A DNA stretch of 54,246 bases, filler included, from Ionaspis alba (taxonomy: Eukaryota), in NCBI GenBank assembly GCA_964255285.1. It is 4 parts of 4 records of this genome, joined end to end, with 100 filler letters (N's around TTAATTAATTAA, not from the genome) between each part and the next. Parts side by side here need not be neighbours in the genome. Positions count along the whole stretch, not along the records: positions 1 to 13,537 come from CAXUUL010000457.1; positions 13,638 to 27,121 come from CAXUUL010000458.1; 2 more parts are not named here. The stretch is one strand, 5' to 3'. The translations under genes were made by a program, and so were the position numbers. Shown here one piece after another: positions 10,523-23,500 of the stretch; position 1 is the stretch's first letter; each line of letters begins with the position of its first letter. The notes under the pieces were generated by a model that was not told the DNA's origin, made no database searches, and saw only the letters and a list, made by a program, of their open reading frames with translations.

Positions 10523-13500
10523 ATGTCGTCCACGTCCCTCCGGAACGATTCACCGGATCTGTATCAACCTCCTCCGCCACCTCCGCCAGCACCACCTCTT
10601 CCGCCACAGCGATATGGACAACGCGCGGCAACAGCTATTGCTCGCCTTGCGCACCCCTTTCTCTCTGGTTCACGGCCTACCAGCGCCCAAGGGCATCGGG
10701 GTGACGTACCAAGAGCACCCGTCTTCAAGTCGGAAGTTGCCCGGAGTTCCAGGTATGATCATACCATTTGCCTTGAGATGACCCTTTGAGTCATTCTTCA
10801 GAAGTTGACTAAACCGCAGTCCATCGTCATCGAGGAGTGCTGTTCACAAGACGGGTATTCCAATCGCTGCACTTGACATCAGCCCATATAAGACTCATGC
10901 CATACTTGCGGGAAGAGACATCCTAAAGACAGTGCGAGTTGAAGGTGCAATCTGTACCGAAGATTTCAATTTACGAGCAGACATCATTGCTTATGCGGCC
11001 GCGCACAACTCATCTAGAGATGCCATCGCGGCCAAGCATAAAGATCAGCTCGCAGCAACCGACGTTAAATGGTCTCATGGAAGATTCGATTCTACGATTG
11101 CTACAGCTGCTGCTAATGGACGTATTGTCATTTACGACATCAACCGTGCAGGCGTGGAGCTGGCGCGAGTGCATGAACATACTCGTCAAGTCCACAAGGT
11201 TGCTTTCAATCCTCATCAGGGAGCTCTTCTACTTTCGGGTAGCCAGGACTCTACGATCCGCATGTGGGATATGCGTGATCTTGCTGGCGAGAGAAGTGTC
11301 ATGACGTGCAGGAGCATCAAGCGATTCTCTGGAAACAACGAAGGCATCCGTGATCTGAAATGGTCGCCTTCTGACGGTGTCGAATTTGCAGCTGGCACAG
11401 ATAATGGAGTTGTTCAGAGATGGGATTTCCGTAAAGAAAGTGCACCGATTTTGAAAATCAATGCCCATGATAAGACTTGCCACTCCTTGGATTGGCATCC
11501 GAGTGGGAGATATCTTGCAAGCGGAGGCGCGGACAAGAACGTCAAGATATGGGATTTCAAATCTGGCGATCGACGAATGAAGCCGAGCTGGCAACTACGC
11601 ACCCCCCAAGCTGCGCTCAATGTACGGTGGCGTCCGAGTTCCAGCAGTCTAGAAGATGGCAATCAAGCTGCTCGACAGTCAACTTTCCTGGCGACTTCGT
11701 ACGATCAACGAGATCCAAGGATACATGTATGGGATCTGCGGCGTCCTCATGTCATCCATCAAGAGATTGATCGCTATGACACTCCAGCTACAGACATATT
11801 ATGGCGATCAGAAGAACTACTTTGGTCTGTTGGCCTGGCAGGCATTTTCTCACAGACCGACATGCACTTCGCACCAAAACCTATGGAGCGGCGTAACGTC
11901 AATATTCTAGCTACTGCTCCCAACGGCCAAATGGTGTTCTTCTCGGCGCCAAGGGCACGACGTCGGACGTCACATGGCGCAGCTGAAGCACATTTTCTAT
12001 CTCGGAAGGACACAGGCGGAAGCAGTGGCGAGAAGTACAGTAGCAGTCATAGTGCAACAGATGGTAGTTTGGAAGAGCCTGGTATCCTTAGCTCGTCTCT
12101 CAAACAGCGCCGGGAACGAATGTCAAGTAATCGTGGTCTGAATACGCCGCCGTCTAGCCATTCTGCTACCCCTGCCTTGACTCTCGATGATGTCATGAAA
12201 GCAAAGGGACGATATCAGCATACTCAGATCGCGGCATATGGTCATGTTCTTGGTGTTTTCGACCATGAAGCATTTCGATATCTGGCCAAGAACTACCAAT
12301 CCCCTTCGTTGTTGAAAGATCAACAAAAGAACTCTGACTTACATGAGCGTCTATCACAAATGTTTCAAGAAAACTCCGTCGTTGCCACCCATACTGGCCA
12401 ATACCGCCTCGCACAGTCCTGGAAGATTCTTGCATTTATTGTTCATAAGGAGCTTAAGGAAAGGGCAGAGCAAGCCCTCCAACGTCGTTCTACTCAACCT
12501 AAATCTTCCGATACTCAAAACTCTTCTTCCATGAAACCCGCTAGGCGCTCTAACGAGCAGACATTACCAGAGGTAGATAAGTCCACTGGCAAGCTGCAGC
12601 CAGCGTCGAATATCGAAAGCACGTCGAATATGCCGACTCCACTGGCAAAACCTGTCCAAGAGTCCTCAAGCATACCATCTATTGCTGAAGATATGCTGGA
12701 TTCCGATGATGACAACTCAAACGACCTGCTTGGTCCTTCTTGGCGGACGAAGCAAACTCCGAACCAGCAAAGTGCTCGCAAGGTACCAGAGTCATCCTCT
12801 AATTTTGCCTTACCTTCAAATTCTAAGGCAGGTTCGTATCAGGACGGTCAGTATTCGAGAGACGATGAGGGCATTGCAATCACCCCACCACCTTTCACGA
12901 GCTTTACCGATATGGAAGAACAAATGTCGGAACGCCGAGCTGCCATTACGAATTACCGTGCCAAGCCACGACCACTTCTTCGACTCGACGATCCCTTGGC
13001 AGCACCACGGAACCTGATGGTTGCTCCACGACTGGACAGACATGATTCCAACGAAAGCTTTCAAATGTTCTCCGCCTCCTCCGATAGTGACAGAAACTCG
13101 ATGTCGTTAGCTGGCTCCTTTGACGGGAGTCAGAAGTCTGATGGTTCGGATCCTGTGCATGGGAGGTGGGCATCCGAGATCCACGACACGGTAGAGCGCC
13201 ACGCCCCTCATAGGGCTCATCAAGATCTTACTCAACCTGTTAAAAATGCTCAAGGACGCGTCATGTCGGCATCTCAACCGATGGAGGAAACTTTGGAAGA
13301 AGGCGAGCCTCACGTCGCTCTAGTCCAACCGCTTGAAGAATTACGTCGCCCGAGCAACCTAGTCCGTCCAATAGTGCATCTCAGAGGTCACCAGGCCGAG
13401 ACCGTCAAGTCCGAGAAACCGACTGAAGGCGAATCCGCCTTCATACCATCAGACTTCGACCCACCATCAGCCCCACCCAGTGACCCTCTCCCCTACTCAG

Positions 13501-13537
13501 CCACATCACTCATCCCCGAAATCATTTCTTTCCACCT
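10523..13537 (+). CDS. RTC1: WD40-repeat SEA/GATOR2 subunit Rtc1/Sea2 (WDR24), 3' truncated at contig end
   Basis: Intron 10753-10819 joins exon 1 to [34 protein letters not shown] repeats follow ([54 protein letters not shown]), then [10 protein letters not shown]. The ORF runs into the N-linker, so the C-terminal RING is not visible. Confidence 0.8.
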
Positions 13538-13637
13538 NNNNNNNNNNNNNNNNNNNNNNNNNNNNNNNNNNNNNNNNNNNNTTAATTAATTAANNNNNNN
13601 NNNNNNNNNNNNNNNNNNNNNNNNNNNNNNNNNNNNN
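13538..13637. other. Artificial contig linker (N44-TTAATTAATTAA-N44)
   Basis: Six-frame stop spacer flanked by N runs, identical at three places in the window. Confidence 0.97.
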
Positions 13638-14252
13638 ACTGAATAAACAATGGTTCCATGCTAGGAGAATTTATAATGAATCTTTTTAGTACCCCGCGAA
13701 GACTAGTGGGGCACACGGAAGGACGGGCCTAAACAAATAGTCATGCCGCAAGCAGCCGGATGATGAGTGATCAGCCACAACCGCGGAACCGCCAATCGAA
13801 CAAATGCAGGGGGTTTTGTAAGCAACGCATGCATGGCTTGCACACAATATGAAAAGGATTGGGACAAAAAGAGATAATGCAGTATGAAGAAGCGGAAGAG
13901 CGACGATGCGAATGAGAGGCATTCTCATGAGACAATGTAACGTAGAGTACACGAGAAAAAGAGCAGAAAACAAGGAAGCAATTGAGCTGGAGAAAAATAT
14001 GAGCAATGGTCAGAGAATGATATCGGAAATGATTACTCGACTTTGCATAGGGCATCGATATTAGGATGCATCGTTCCACCATGACCGTTGACATAATCAC
14101 AGCAAGCCACATACCACTGCACGCAGACTCCTCGAACCATGAACAGCATACTCCCCGCAATGCAGTACGCTCAGTAATCCTCACCCCGATCCCCAATGCC
14201 TTCCCAAACGCCGTGGCTATGCATGTTTTCCCATACCATCATCTCCGCAGTA

Positions 14253-15128
14253 TCATAACAAATCATAATCATCCAACTTATCCCTATACTTCAGCACATT
14301 CCTCTTGATCCTGCTCTCATCCACCCACGTCACAAAATCCTCCATATTCCTCGTCACGAGAAACGCAGGATCAGTCACCACTTCCGGTCCCACCCTGACA
14401 TGTCCCTGTTCCACGAATTTGATTGCCTAGGCCGCAAAATCGCCATCAGTATTCCCATGCATCAAACCATTATTGCTCCACCCCACCAACTTCATACCCA
14501 CAGAATCCCGCACAAGAGCCAAGGAAGAGGATTCGACCTACCGCTTGTACCGTATCGGCCATACTCAGCCTCGTCATCACCACCCCCAGCCGCCGTCGAC
14601 ACATACTGCTAACCGTAACTTTCTTCTCGACCTCACTCAGCCTCCCACGGCCACCAGCACCTGCCGTACCTAGGATACCCATATCGTAGAGTTTTTCGAG
14701 TAGGAGGGCTTCGTGCTTCAGGCGGATGGGGTCCGTGGGTTCCAGAGCGGCGAGATTGTGTGCGAGTTGGCTTTGATCGCGTAATGATTGTCAGTAGTGG
14801 TAAGATCAAATTACGGCCCGGGTAGCGGGGGGGAGGAGTGAGAAGGAGGATTTGGACGGGAGGGAATGGGCGTGATGGAAGAGATTTGAAGGAAGAGGAT
14901 AGATACCGTATACTGCCGCATATACGATTGTATTTCGTGTAGTCCTGCGGCTTTTGGATGGCGTAGCGTCGGATGATGGCAGCGTCACGATGGTTGTTGT
15001 CCGATTTGTAGGTTGTGAAGTCGACTTTACGGAGGAGCCTGGCGCACGGGGCTGTTAGAGCTAGAAGGTTGAGGTATCGATTGTAGCATGACTTACTTCT
15101 GCTCATGATGCTTGAGCTTGCGAACCAT
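14253..15128 (-). CDS. IMP3: U3 snoRNP protein Imp3 (S4-like), 4 exons
   Basis: Exons are 15097-15128, 14907-15038, 14542-14770 and 14253-14426. The translation is [18 protein letters not shown]...[15 protein letters not shown]...[11 protein letters not shown]...[15 protein letters not shown]...[57 protein letters not shown]. Confidence 0.96.
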
Positions 15129-15149
15129 CTTGGACGTTGTTGTAGAAGA

Positions 15150-15249
15150 NNNNNNNNNNNNNNNNNNNNNNNNNNNNNNNNNNNNNNNNNNNNNNNNNNN
15201 NNNNNNNNNNNNNNNNNNNNNNNNNNNNNNNNNNNNNNNNNNNNNNNNN
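15150..15249. other. Scaffold gap (100 N)
   Basis: Run of 100 N. Confidence 0.99.
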
Positions 15250-15257
15250 CCCCCAAT

Positions 15258-18200
15258 CTACGCATCAATCATCTCAGTATCATCCTGCAAAACCTCATCC
15301 GCCGGACCCCAATTACCCTCATAAACCGTCGCTCCAGCTCTCCGCCTAGCTTCCGCCCACCGAACACCCGCAGTCGCCAAGATCTGATGAACAACAGGCC
15401 GATCCGCCGGCTGTGGCGAAATCATCCAGCGAACGATCTTATCCAAGGCTTCTTCGTGGTGGGGATCGACCATGAAACTTGGGGGGTGTGCGAGTTCGCC
15501 GCTTCGGCGCAGTTTAAAATGGGAAGCTTCCTTGGTGTCTTTTCGAGCTTGGGGTTTGAGGTCTGGGGAGCCGAAACCGTCGCTTCCTGAGTCGGATCCG
15601 TAGAATTCGTCGAAGGACTCTTCTCGAGAGAGTGGCTTCCCTGCGGCATCGCGGTAGATGGTGCTGGTCTCTGAAGAGGATGTGAGGCTCGGGACATCGC
15701 TCATGTCACCGCTTCTCAGTCGTTGCCACGAAGCTCCGTTGTCTGGTAGCATGACATTGCCTGCAATCTCGAGCATCATGAGGCCGAGCGCGAATATGTC
15801 GGAAGGTTTGTCGTAGTGACCCATTAGGATCTCCGGTCCGATGTATTCACGATCGCCTTCACCGTCCGTTCCAGCTGGTGCTGGCCAGGTACTTGCCAAG
15901 CCGAAGTCACCAATTTTGAGGACACCTTCGAAGGTGATAAGAACATTGGCAGGTTTGAGGTCAAGATGGATAAATCCGCAATCATGGATGTGTTTCAGAC
16001 CCTAAGTTAGATTAGTAGACTATTGTAAATAGTAAGACTTATACTTACCAAAGATAATTCGAGCATGATCTTCCAGATCCTGAAATCATCCAATCTTGCC
16101 TTCCGACCCACTTGATCTAAGAACAAGTCCAAGCTCCCTTCCTCACAGTACTCGGTCTGAATGTATAAGTGGTCCTTGTTCTCCCAGCTATCGAACAATT
16201 GCACAGTATGATCCGAAATACCCAGTGCCCTAAGGACTTCTACTTCACGAAGCTTGCGTTGTCGATCTTTCGGGCCAATGTACGCCTGGCGAGTCTTTTT
16301 CACGGCCCATACTTGATCAGGCAACGGCGTTCTGGGTAACGATCGCTTGATGGGCATGTTGAAGTAACTCAGGTGAGACTTTGCATCGCCTTTCTGTGCC
16401 ACCCGAAATACTTGTGAGAATTCGCCAGTACCGATGATTTCGACCTTGTCGAATTTGGAAGTCAAGCAGGGATCCACGTCTGCGGGAGGAACAGGATGAG
16501 CTGCAGCTGTGCCTGATCGACTCTTCCCGAGGCGTAAGAAAGATTCTCTCGGAGCAGTCGGTGTGGCTGGTGGAAACACTGAAGGTCTGTTGCTGATTTC
16601 ATTGAGGCTTTGAAGAACAAGTCCATCTCCACGTACGGAGATAGATAGACCGCTCGGGTCAGGCGGCAGAATACTCTCTTGCGGAGTATGAGGCGATCGT
16701 TGACCTATTCGATCAAAGAGTGGACTTGCTGGGGATAGAGGACTAGGCTTAGTTTTCATGTTCCTTGTGCGGACAAAAGGTAAAGAAAGAGCATTTCTAG
16801 AAAGAGGGGTTGGAGATCGAGAATGACCGAGGAAACGAGAACGATTAGAAAAGGAAGAAATGGCGTTGAGGCTCCTGAAGCGTAGCGTAGCAGATGGAGA
16901 GTCCTCCATCACGCTGTCGCTGTCTCCATCGACACTCCCACCCGGGGTATGGTTTGGGGATAACTTACAGCAATGGTCAGGTAGGGGCGATTGAGGTCCA
17001 GAAGGTCCTCGACTATCGTTGTGATGGAACGTTCGCGGGCTCAGCATGTTCGCTCCATTACTAGGGCCTTGCTCGGATTGCACCGAGCTCGACCCTAGAG
17101 CTTGCTTCGTTGGTGTTGGAGGTATTTCGCCGTCGGCACTGGATTGGCTATCAAACTTCCCTGAAGGAGATTGCGAGTTATCATCTCCATCAATGCTGAC
17201 GAAGCTACTGCGTCGTGATAAATTTCCCCTGGTAAAGCTACTACCGAATATGCTGACTCCTTTTGGCAAAGAACCTAGCGATGGTCGTGAGGTGTGTAGA
17301 TTGAAAGGTGTGGACGGGGTTCCGAATGAGTGCAAAGACCGTCTTTCCGTTCGTGGCTTGCTAACGGCGTTGGCTGGGACAGGAGCTGGCACTACCGTGG
17401 CTAAATTGGTAGAGCGTTTGCATGGAGTATCTGGCATATTTCCGACACTTTCCTGTAGATCCAACTGAGCAGCGGTCATGTCTTTGTTCCGCTTTGAAAT
17501 CAAACCAGTAGACATGAAAGCCGCTGGGAGAGGTTTTGCCAACTTGTAATTATCGGGTGTGGCGAAAGACCCTTCGGTAGAGAATGACTGAGCTGTTGAT
17601 TCCTGAGACGAGGGCTCTTTAGGCACCGGCCTATGTGCTCCTAGGGGCAGAGACTTCGAAAAGTCGACGCTTGGTCTCCTGGTCTCAGGCTGGCGTACTG
17701 GAATATGAGTGGGAGAGTCCTCTGCCAGGCTTGAACTCGAAGAAGACTGTGTCATTGTCCTAGAAAGAGGATGTCGTTGTGGCAATGGTGGAAAGCCACC
17801 TACCCCTACGTCTTTGCGTTGGTGATTCATCAAGTGCATTGACGCACTCGGAAGACCACCCTGGGAAGAAAATGGACTTTCTCGAGGAGCATGTGGTAGC
17901 ACATTGTCCAGCGACATTCGCAGACGCCCCTTCGTAGCTGTCTGACCAGGAGTGCTGAGGCCACTCATTACATCATGATGTTGCTTCGATCTCGCAAAGG
18001 GCGGCTTCTCGTATCTTTGCTGTAAAGTGGTCTTCCTCAAGGAAGAAGAGCGTCTTGGTAGGGTGGATAACACACTGGTATGGTCCAGGAAAGATGGTGC
18101 TTCCGGTATTACTCCTTCCACATGATCATGTAAATCAGACTGTCCTTGTCCAGCTAGAGCGGCTTCATGGTCGAAGATATTGAAGTCCGGACTGAATGAT

Positions 18201-18913
18201 GCGCCATGTAGGCTTCTCCGCTTGGCTGAAGGGCTGCCAAGGTTGGCTTGATCGAAATTCATGATACCATCGCTACGTTTCAGTGGACTCGACTTAGTCG
18301 CGAAGTCTCCGAGATATCCATTGCCTCTCTCTCGTTTAACAAGCGCATGATGAGGAGCAAGCAGATTGTCAGACATCCCAGCAGCTGCGAAGCTGTTGTG
18401 GCTCACTGGAGAGGTCTTGTCCTCGGGACTAATACTGCGGGAAGACCTGTTCTCTAAGCCCGGACCGAACTCATGTGGTGAAGGAGGGCTCGAGTTCCCG
18501 TGGTCTGTGCAATCACTCAACGCTCTCTTCACCGGACTCCGTTGGGCGCTCTGTGATCGGGTCGAGGGTCGCATGGGACTCGCTTTGCGCACACTGGATC
18601 TGTTCTTCCTAGCACTTGGCGGAAAAGGAGTTGCTAGTGGTGACGGTGATATGACACTCGCGTTCGACAACAGATTCAGTGAGCCTGCACGTTTCTGGGG
18701 CGACAGCGAAGATGGCGAAAGCGGGGAGCTGGGAGATGGAGATGTGGATTTGGAGGTGACGAGCCTGAAAGTGGGACCCTTTGATGGCGACCGTGACAAG
18801 GAACGTCGGAGCTGAGCTAGAGCGGAGGTAGGATCGACGTGATGCATATGAGTTGGAGAGGGGAAGTGTAGCGTGCCGCCTCCATCGCGGTGGGGTGAGT
18901 ATGCCGCCACCAT
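15258..18913 (-). CDS. wee1: Wee1/Swe1 CDK-inhibitory kinase
   Basis: A long Ser/Pro-rich N-terminus contains FATPDNYKLAKPLPAAFMSTGLISK. The kinase domain has IGTGEFSQVF, WAVKK, and after intron 16002-16048 GFIHLDLKPANV and KIGDFGLA. It also has the Wee1-diagnostic EGDREYIGPE and LPDNGASWQRLRSGD. Confidence 0.95.
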
Positions 18914-19526
18914 CAGGAATGTTGACTAGCCGGATAGGATGAAGTGCTGCAGATTCGTAAAAGCAAAGAACCTGTCGATGGGAGATGTTGTATTGAGATT
19001 TATTCCGCAGTGACCAAAGAGGGTGCTGAGAGAATCGAGATAGCTGGATATCACTCGGAGCGCGAGGTCGTTTTCGAGCAAAACCTGCAACTGGGCTGCC
19101 TTGGATGTGGTAACGACTGCGCTATGTACACAAAGCAATCGCAAAAGCCTATCAGCACATGCGAAACCTTGGTGGAATGTGGATTTGTTTCGATCTGAGG
19201 TCCGGAATGGTCAACTTCGACCATCAACCACCAACTCCTCACCCCATCCGTACGCCAAAGACGCACACGCACAGGAAATATTGGAGCACGCTCAACACTG
19301 CTGTGGGCATCTGTTGATGGTGTGGTGTGGAGGGAATTGGTTGCGGTCGAGAATTCTCAGAGGTAGTGGTCGCGTACGACGTCAACAATGTTCGGTCGAA
19401 AGTCTTTCTGATATTGTTGTGGTACTGGTAAGATCTCTGGGAGCTGGGAGTATGTAGCGATCAGTTCTGTGTAGATTTTGAGGAAGTGAGTGGGATGTCG
19501 AAGGTGATGGTTGACGTGGAATCTTC

Positions 19527-19532
19527 ACGCGT
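19527..19532. promoter_or_regulatory. Possible MCB element (ACGCGT) upstream of wee1
   Basis: Exact MluI-box hexamer about 600 nt 5' of the wee1 ATG. A single hexamer can easily occur by chance. Confidence 0.25.
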
Positions 19533-19559
19533 CAGAGCGAAGTCAACAGACCTCGGAGA

Positions 19560-19659
19560 NNNNNNNNNNNNNNNNNNNNNNNNNNNNNNNNNNNNNNNNN
19601 NNNNNNNNNNNNNNNNNNNNNNNNNNNNNNNNNNNNNNNNNNNNNNNNNNNNNNNNNNN
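19560..19659. other. Scaffold gap (100 N)
   Basis: Run of 100 N. Confidence 0.99.
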
Positions 19660-20500
19660 AGTATGTCCCACTGATGCTCTACCTACTACATATGGCATCA
19701 TACTCCGTGGAGCACATGTAGGAAGAACTACTTGACCAACTGTCATCGCTCCTCATGCGCTACTACAAAACATAGCCTCGGCATTCAGATGTTACAGCAC
19801 CAAGGTTGCTGCGTAGGAAACTATCATATCTTCCAATAAGCATTAGATAGAAGCCTGTGCCTGGATCTGACGAAGCATACGAGTGAGATGGGGGCAATTG
19901 CCATTTCCAACGAAATGCTGTAAGACAAGAAAATGGCTCGGCAACAACGAATTTTATGAGGTCAGCAATTCCGATTTGTGGCTGTTTGGCCGGAAGGTAA
20001 AGCCACCCTGACTTTCCGGCCTTTGTACTCGACCGTCACTCCATAGGTAATCACTACGTACCACGGCTCTACCTGTCCATCATCCACATAGTCAACTCTT
20101 CCTCCAAACTACTCCCTGCATGATTCCACGTATTAGTTGATGCCCCTCTTCCTGCTCTGGCCCTGATTTGCGACACCCTGTAGCCTTGGACCATTCCCGT
20201 CTTTCGAAGGAAGCCTCCGAATACTCGTGCAGCCTCACGACCTGTGCCACATATACTGCTTGGATGTTCTTCTGCAAAGCACTACCTACTTGGTCCACCC
20301 ACAAGACGCTGCGCGCATCCGACCACTCAGCAATCCACGCTTTTTACAGCCACTTCGCCCTAACCCATCACCTCAACACGCCCAGTTTGGTCCGAAGTTT
20401 CTCTCCGTACTATTAACCATTCGGGTTCGCACGGATGGCCCCTCAACGTTGGCAATACGGGTTTCAGTAACCAGACGTGTCAATCGGTCATTACCTTGCC

Positions 20501-23500
20501 ATGGCATCTTCATCAGACAAACCAGACGAGCTGGTGGACAACGACCGGCCCATGGACAAAGCACGCAGTCCTGTTCGGTCAGCCACGGCTAGCAAGGGCA
20601 CCGCTCATCGTTCGCCCTCACCAACGCAAATACTGAAAAGAGCTGCGACTACGCCAATTCCATCTTTCTCACCCTCTGCATCTACGTCTCCGAGATCATC
20701 TCGGGAACCCTCACCTGTACGGGTGCCTAACAAGCCAGTTATTCCAGCCGCATCAAGATTATCTAGATCGAGGAAGAACAGCCAAGATTTGAGCCCTCAT
20801 CGCCAACCCAATGTTCTCAGTCCCAGCATACCTACAGTTCCCTCTGCCGCAGCCATTCAACGAGCGCTGTCGGCTACCGGAACTTCGACACCTCAATTAT
20901 TTGCATCTGCCACTCCAGATTCCCTGCCGGATGCGCCGCGTACACAAAAGCAGACGAAAGGGCCCGGTGGAAGTGGTCTGACAATAGGAGTCACGCCGCC
21001 ACGATTCAAGTCTCCTCCTCCAGCTGGGTCATCTAACCGAACTCCACTTCATTCACCTCGAAAACTCGAATTTCCCCCTCTGACACCCAGCATTGTCGTC
21101 GACCTCCCCACACCCAACTCGGCTTCCAGCGTTGACGCCGACCCCGACGAAACAGAGGCTATGACCCGTGCTGGTATGCGCACTCCAGCGCGAGCCATCA
21201 GCGGAAGCAATACCCTAGAAACGGTGCGAGAAAGCAGCCTTCCAGCAACACCCGCCATAAGTGCAGCAGTGTTACAAAAAGGAGGGAAAACAGCAGACCA
21301 TGAAGTTCCATCTACAATTGAGGAGAATCCGACAGAAGAATTGTTCTCCAAGACAGCCAAAATTGGCCCGGAGAGTGGTAGCGAAAGCGGTGGAAACAAA
21401 ACCGCCAACAAGAAGAGCAATGATGATAAAAAGCCGCCAAAAACCCCAACTTCTACTCGCGTACCTCCAATACAGCCAAAGAGATCGATATCGCAATTGA
21501 ATGCCGCCAAACCGAAAACAGGGACAGAAGGATCGGTCAGGAATATGACAGTGGAAACGGAGACCGTCAGCTCTGTACCACAAGTTGCTGTCCAAGGCGC
21601 AACAGGAGAGCGAGGCGGTCTAGGGAGAATTGATACTACTGGCAGTCTTCGTCTGAAACCCAGTACTGAAACGATAAGGCCAAAGAAGGAAAGAAAGAAG
21701 ACGGTGCGCAAACCGGCTTCGATTCATTCAGGCACTGGTGGGTCATCTAGACGTTTTCATCATCATCATATTTATTCACGAGCAACAATTTCTTCTGAAG
21801 ATATATGTTTTCAATCTACCATTTCTCCTACTCCTTCTTATTCTCCTGACTCTGAACGTGGTCCGCCCATATGGATTGATGGGCAGGACTCTCGTGGCAT
21901 GGCCAAGGCACCTCGTGGTGCTAAGTATCACGAGTCACAACCCAGCACACCGTACCCAAGCAGACGTTCCAGCATAGTGCTGACTCCATTTCGTTTACGT
22001 ATAGCATCTTCAAAAGCAGATATCTTTGAGGCAAAGGTGGCCAGTGCTGTGGACGAGGTTAATTCCTCCGACTCAGACGAAACATTTGTCTACGAATCGA
22101 ATCCTCCCGAGCCACTTTCAGCGCGACCAAATCGATATCACTCCCGAACGCCAAGCGCGACGTCTATGGCGAGTCAAGCCGATCTTTACGGAGGCAGATA
22201 TAGACAAGACAGTCATCACAGCATAGCCGGCAAAAAGAGTATGAAGTTTTCCAAAAATGCACATCTAATCAATAGCGGTCATAGCGAACTTGGCGAATAC
22301 AGTCAGAATAATGGCACCTCTGGCAGCGGTCGAGCTTCCGGCGGCAACACACCACATCATCATATTGGACGTTATGGTAGAGGTGCAGCTGGCCACACAT
22401 CACTCTTCGACAATGAGTCACCTTTTCCCAATGCGGCCAAACCCAAGCGATCTGGAACGAGTAACGGAAGTCGGCTTTCGCCCCGACCGTTGACTCCTCG
22501 CACTCCACACATTCTTCGACTACCGGGGACATCGGGCAAACTCAACGTTCCCATGTCATACGATCTTGAGGGTGAAGGTGCCGATGACGAGCGAACCCCT
22601 TTGGTTAATTCTGTACGATCAGGACGAACTCGAAACAGTCGACGACCAGCAAATCGACAGAACGAGTTCGGTGAATACGGCAGTAGCGGATTTTGCAAAC
22701 GTGTCACTTGCTGCGTGTTTCTGGCAACTCTTGTGGGCTTGTTGATCGCAGCCATAGTTGTTGCGTTGGTTCTGTGCTCGAAACCTCTCATGGACGTGCA
22801 TATCAAAGATATCCAGAATGTACTGGTATCAGAGCAGGAATTGATGCTTGATCTGCACGTTCATGCGATCAACCCGAACTTGGTTGCCATTCAGGTCAGT
22901 GATCTTGACGTGGACATCTTCGCAAGAAGCAAGTACACTGTACCCATTGGCACGAGCGTGGAAGCACGAGAGCCTCTACAGCTTAGAGCTAGACGAGAAC
23001 ATGGTGATGCGACGATGACCGACCCAACCAAAAGCATCACAGATGACAGTATTAATGGCTCGCCCATCTACAGTTCAGAAGGTGGCATTGACGAGGGCAA
23101 CGATCCTATTGAAGATCCCGAAGGCGATGGTCCTCCCATACTTCTCGGACAGATCCTCGACTTCGACTCCCCATTGATCTTCGACTCTTCTCCATTTAGG
23201 CATCAATCGCTATCATCCATAGGGGAGGTGCGACTTGCTCATCCCGGAAATCAGACGGAAAAGGGATCCAAACAGTGGGAGAAAGTGATTCAGCACAGTT
23301 TCAACCTTACGGTCAAAGGCGTTCTCCGCTACTCGCTGCCGATCAGTTCTAAAATCCGGTGGGCCAGAATTGCAGGCAGTATCATGGTACATCCAAACCC
23401 TTCGGTTGGGGATGATGGTAGTATAGGACTTGGGGACTCGAGTCGTTTCCGCTTATCTGGTTCAGGGCGTTCTGAGGTGAAAGAAGAGGCGGATAGAATG

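Noticed and set aside
14427..14906. Intron-encoded snoRNAs in the longer IMP3 introns
   Set aside because: I could not find a box C (RUGAUGA) and box D pair with a terminal stem, or an H/ACA pattern.
15128..15258. Extremely short wee1-IMP3 spacing
   Set aside because: The interval is mostly a nominal 100-N gap, so the true distance is unknown.
16743..16968. Perfect GTAAGT donor inside the wee1 ORF (16963-16968)
   Set aside because: The nearby acceptors I could find (16797, 16743) are out of phase and the ORF is open through the region, so there is no supportable intron.
21049..21711. 220-aa antisense ORF within VAC7, and similar antisense or overlapping ORFs in wee1, SPT8, TFG1, the Cid1-like gene and the DUF7918-like gene
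   Set aside because: These are shadow ORFs caused by codon bias and low complexity of the real genes, with no recognisable motifs.
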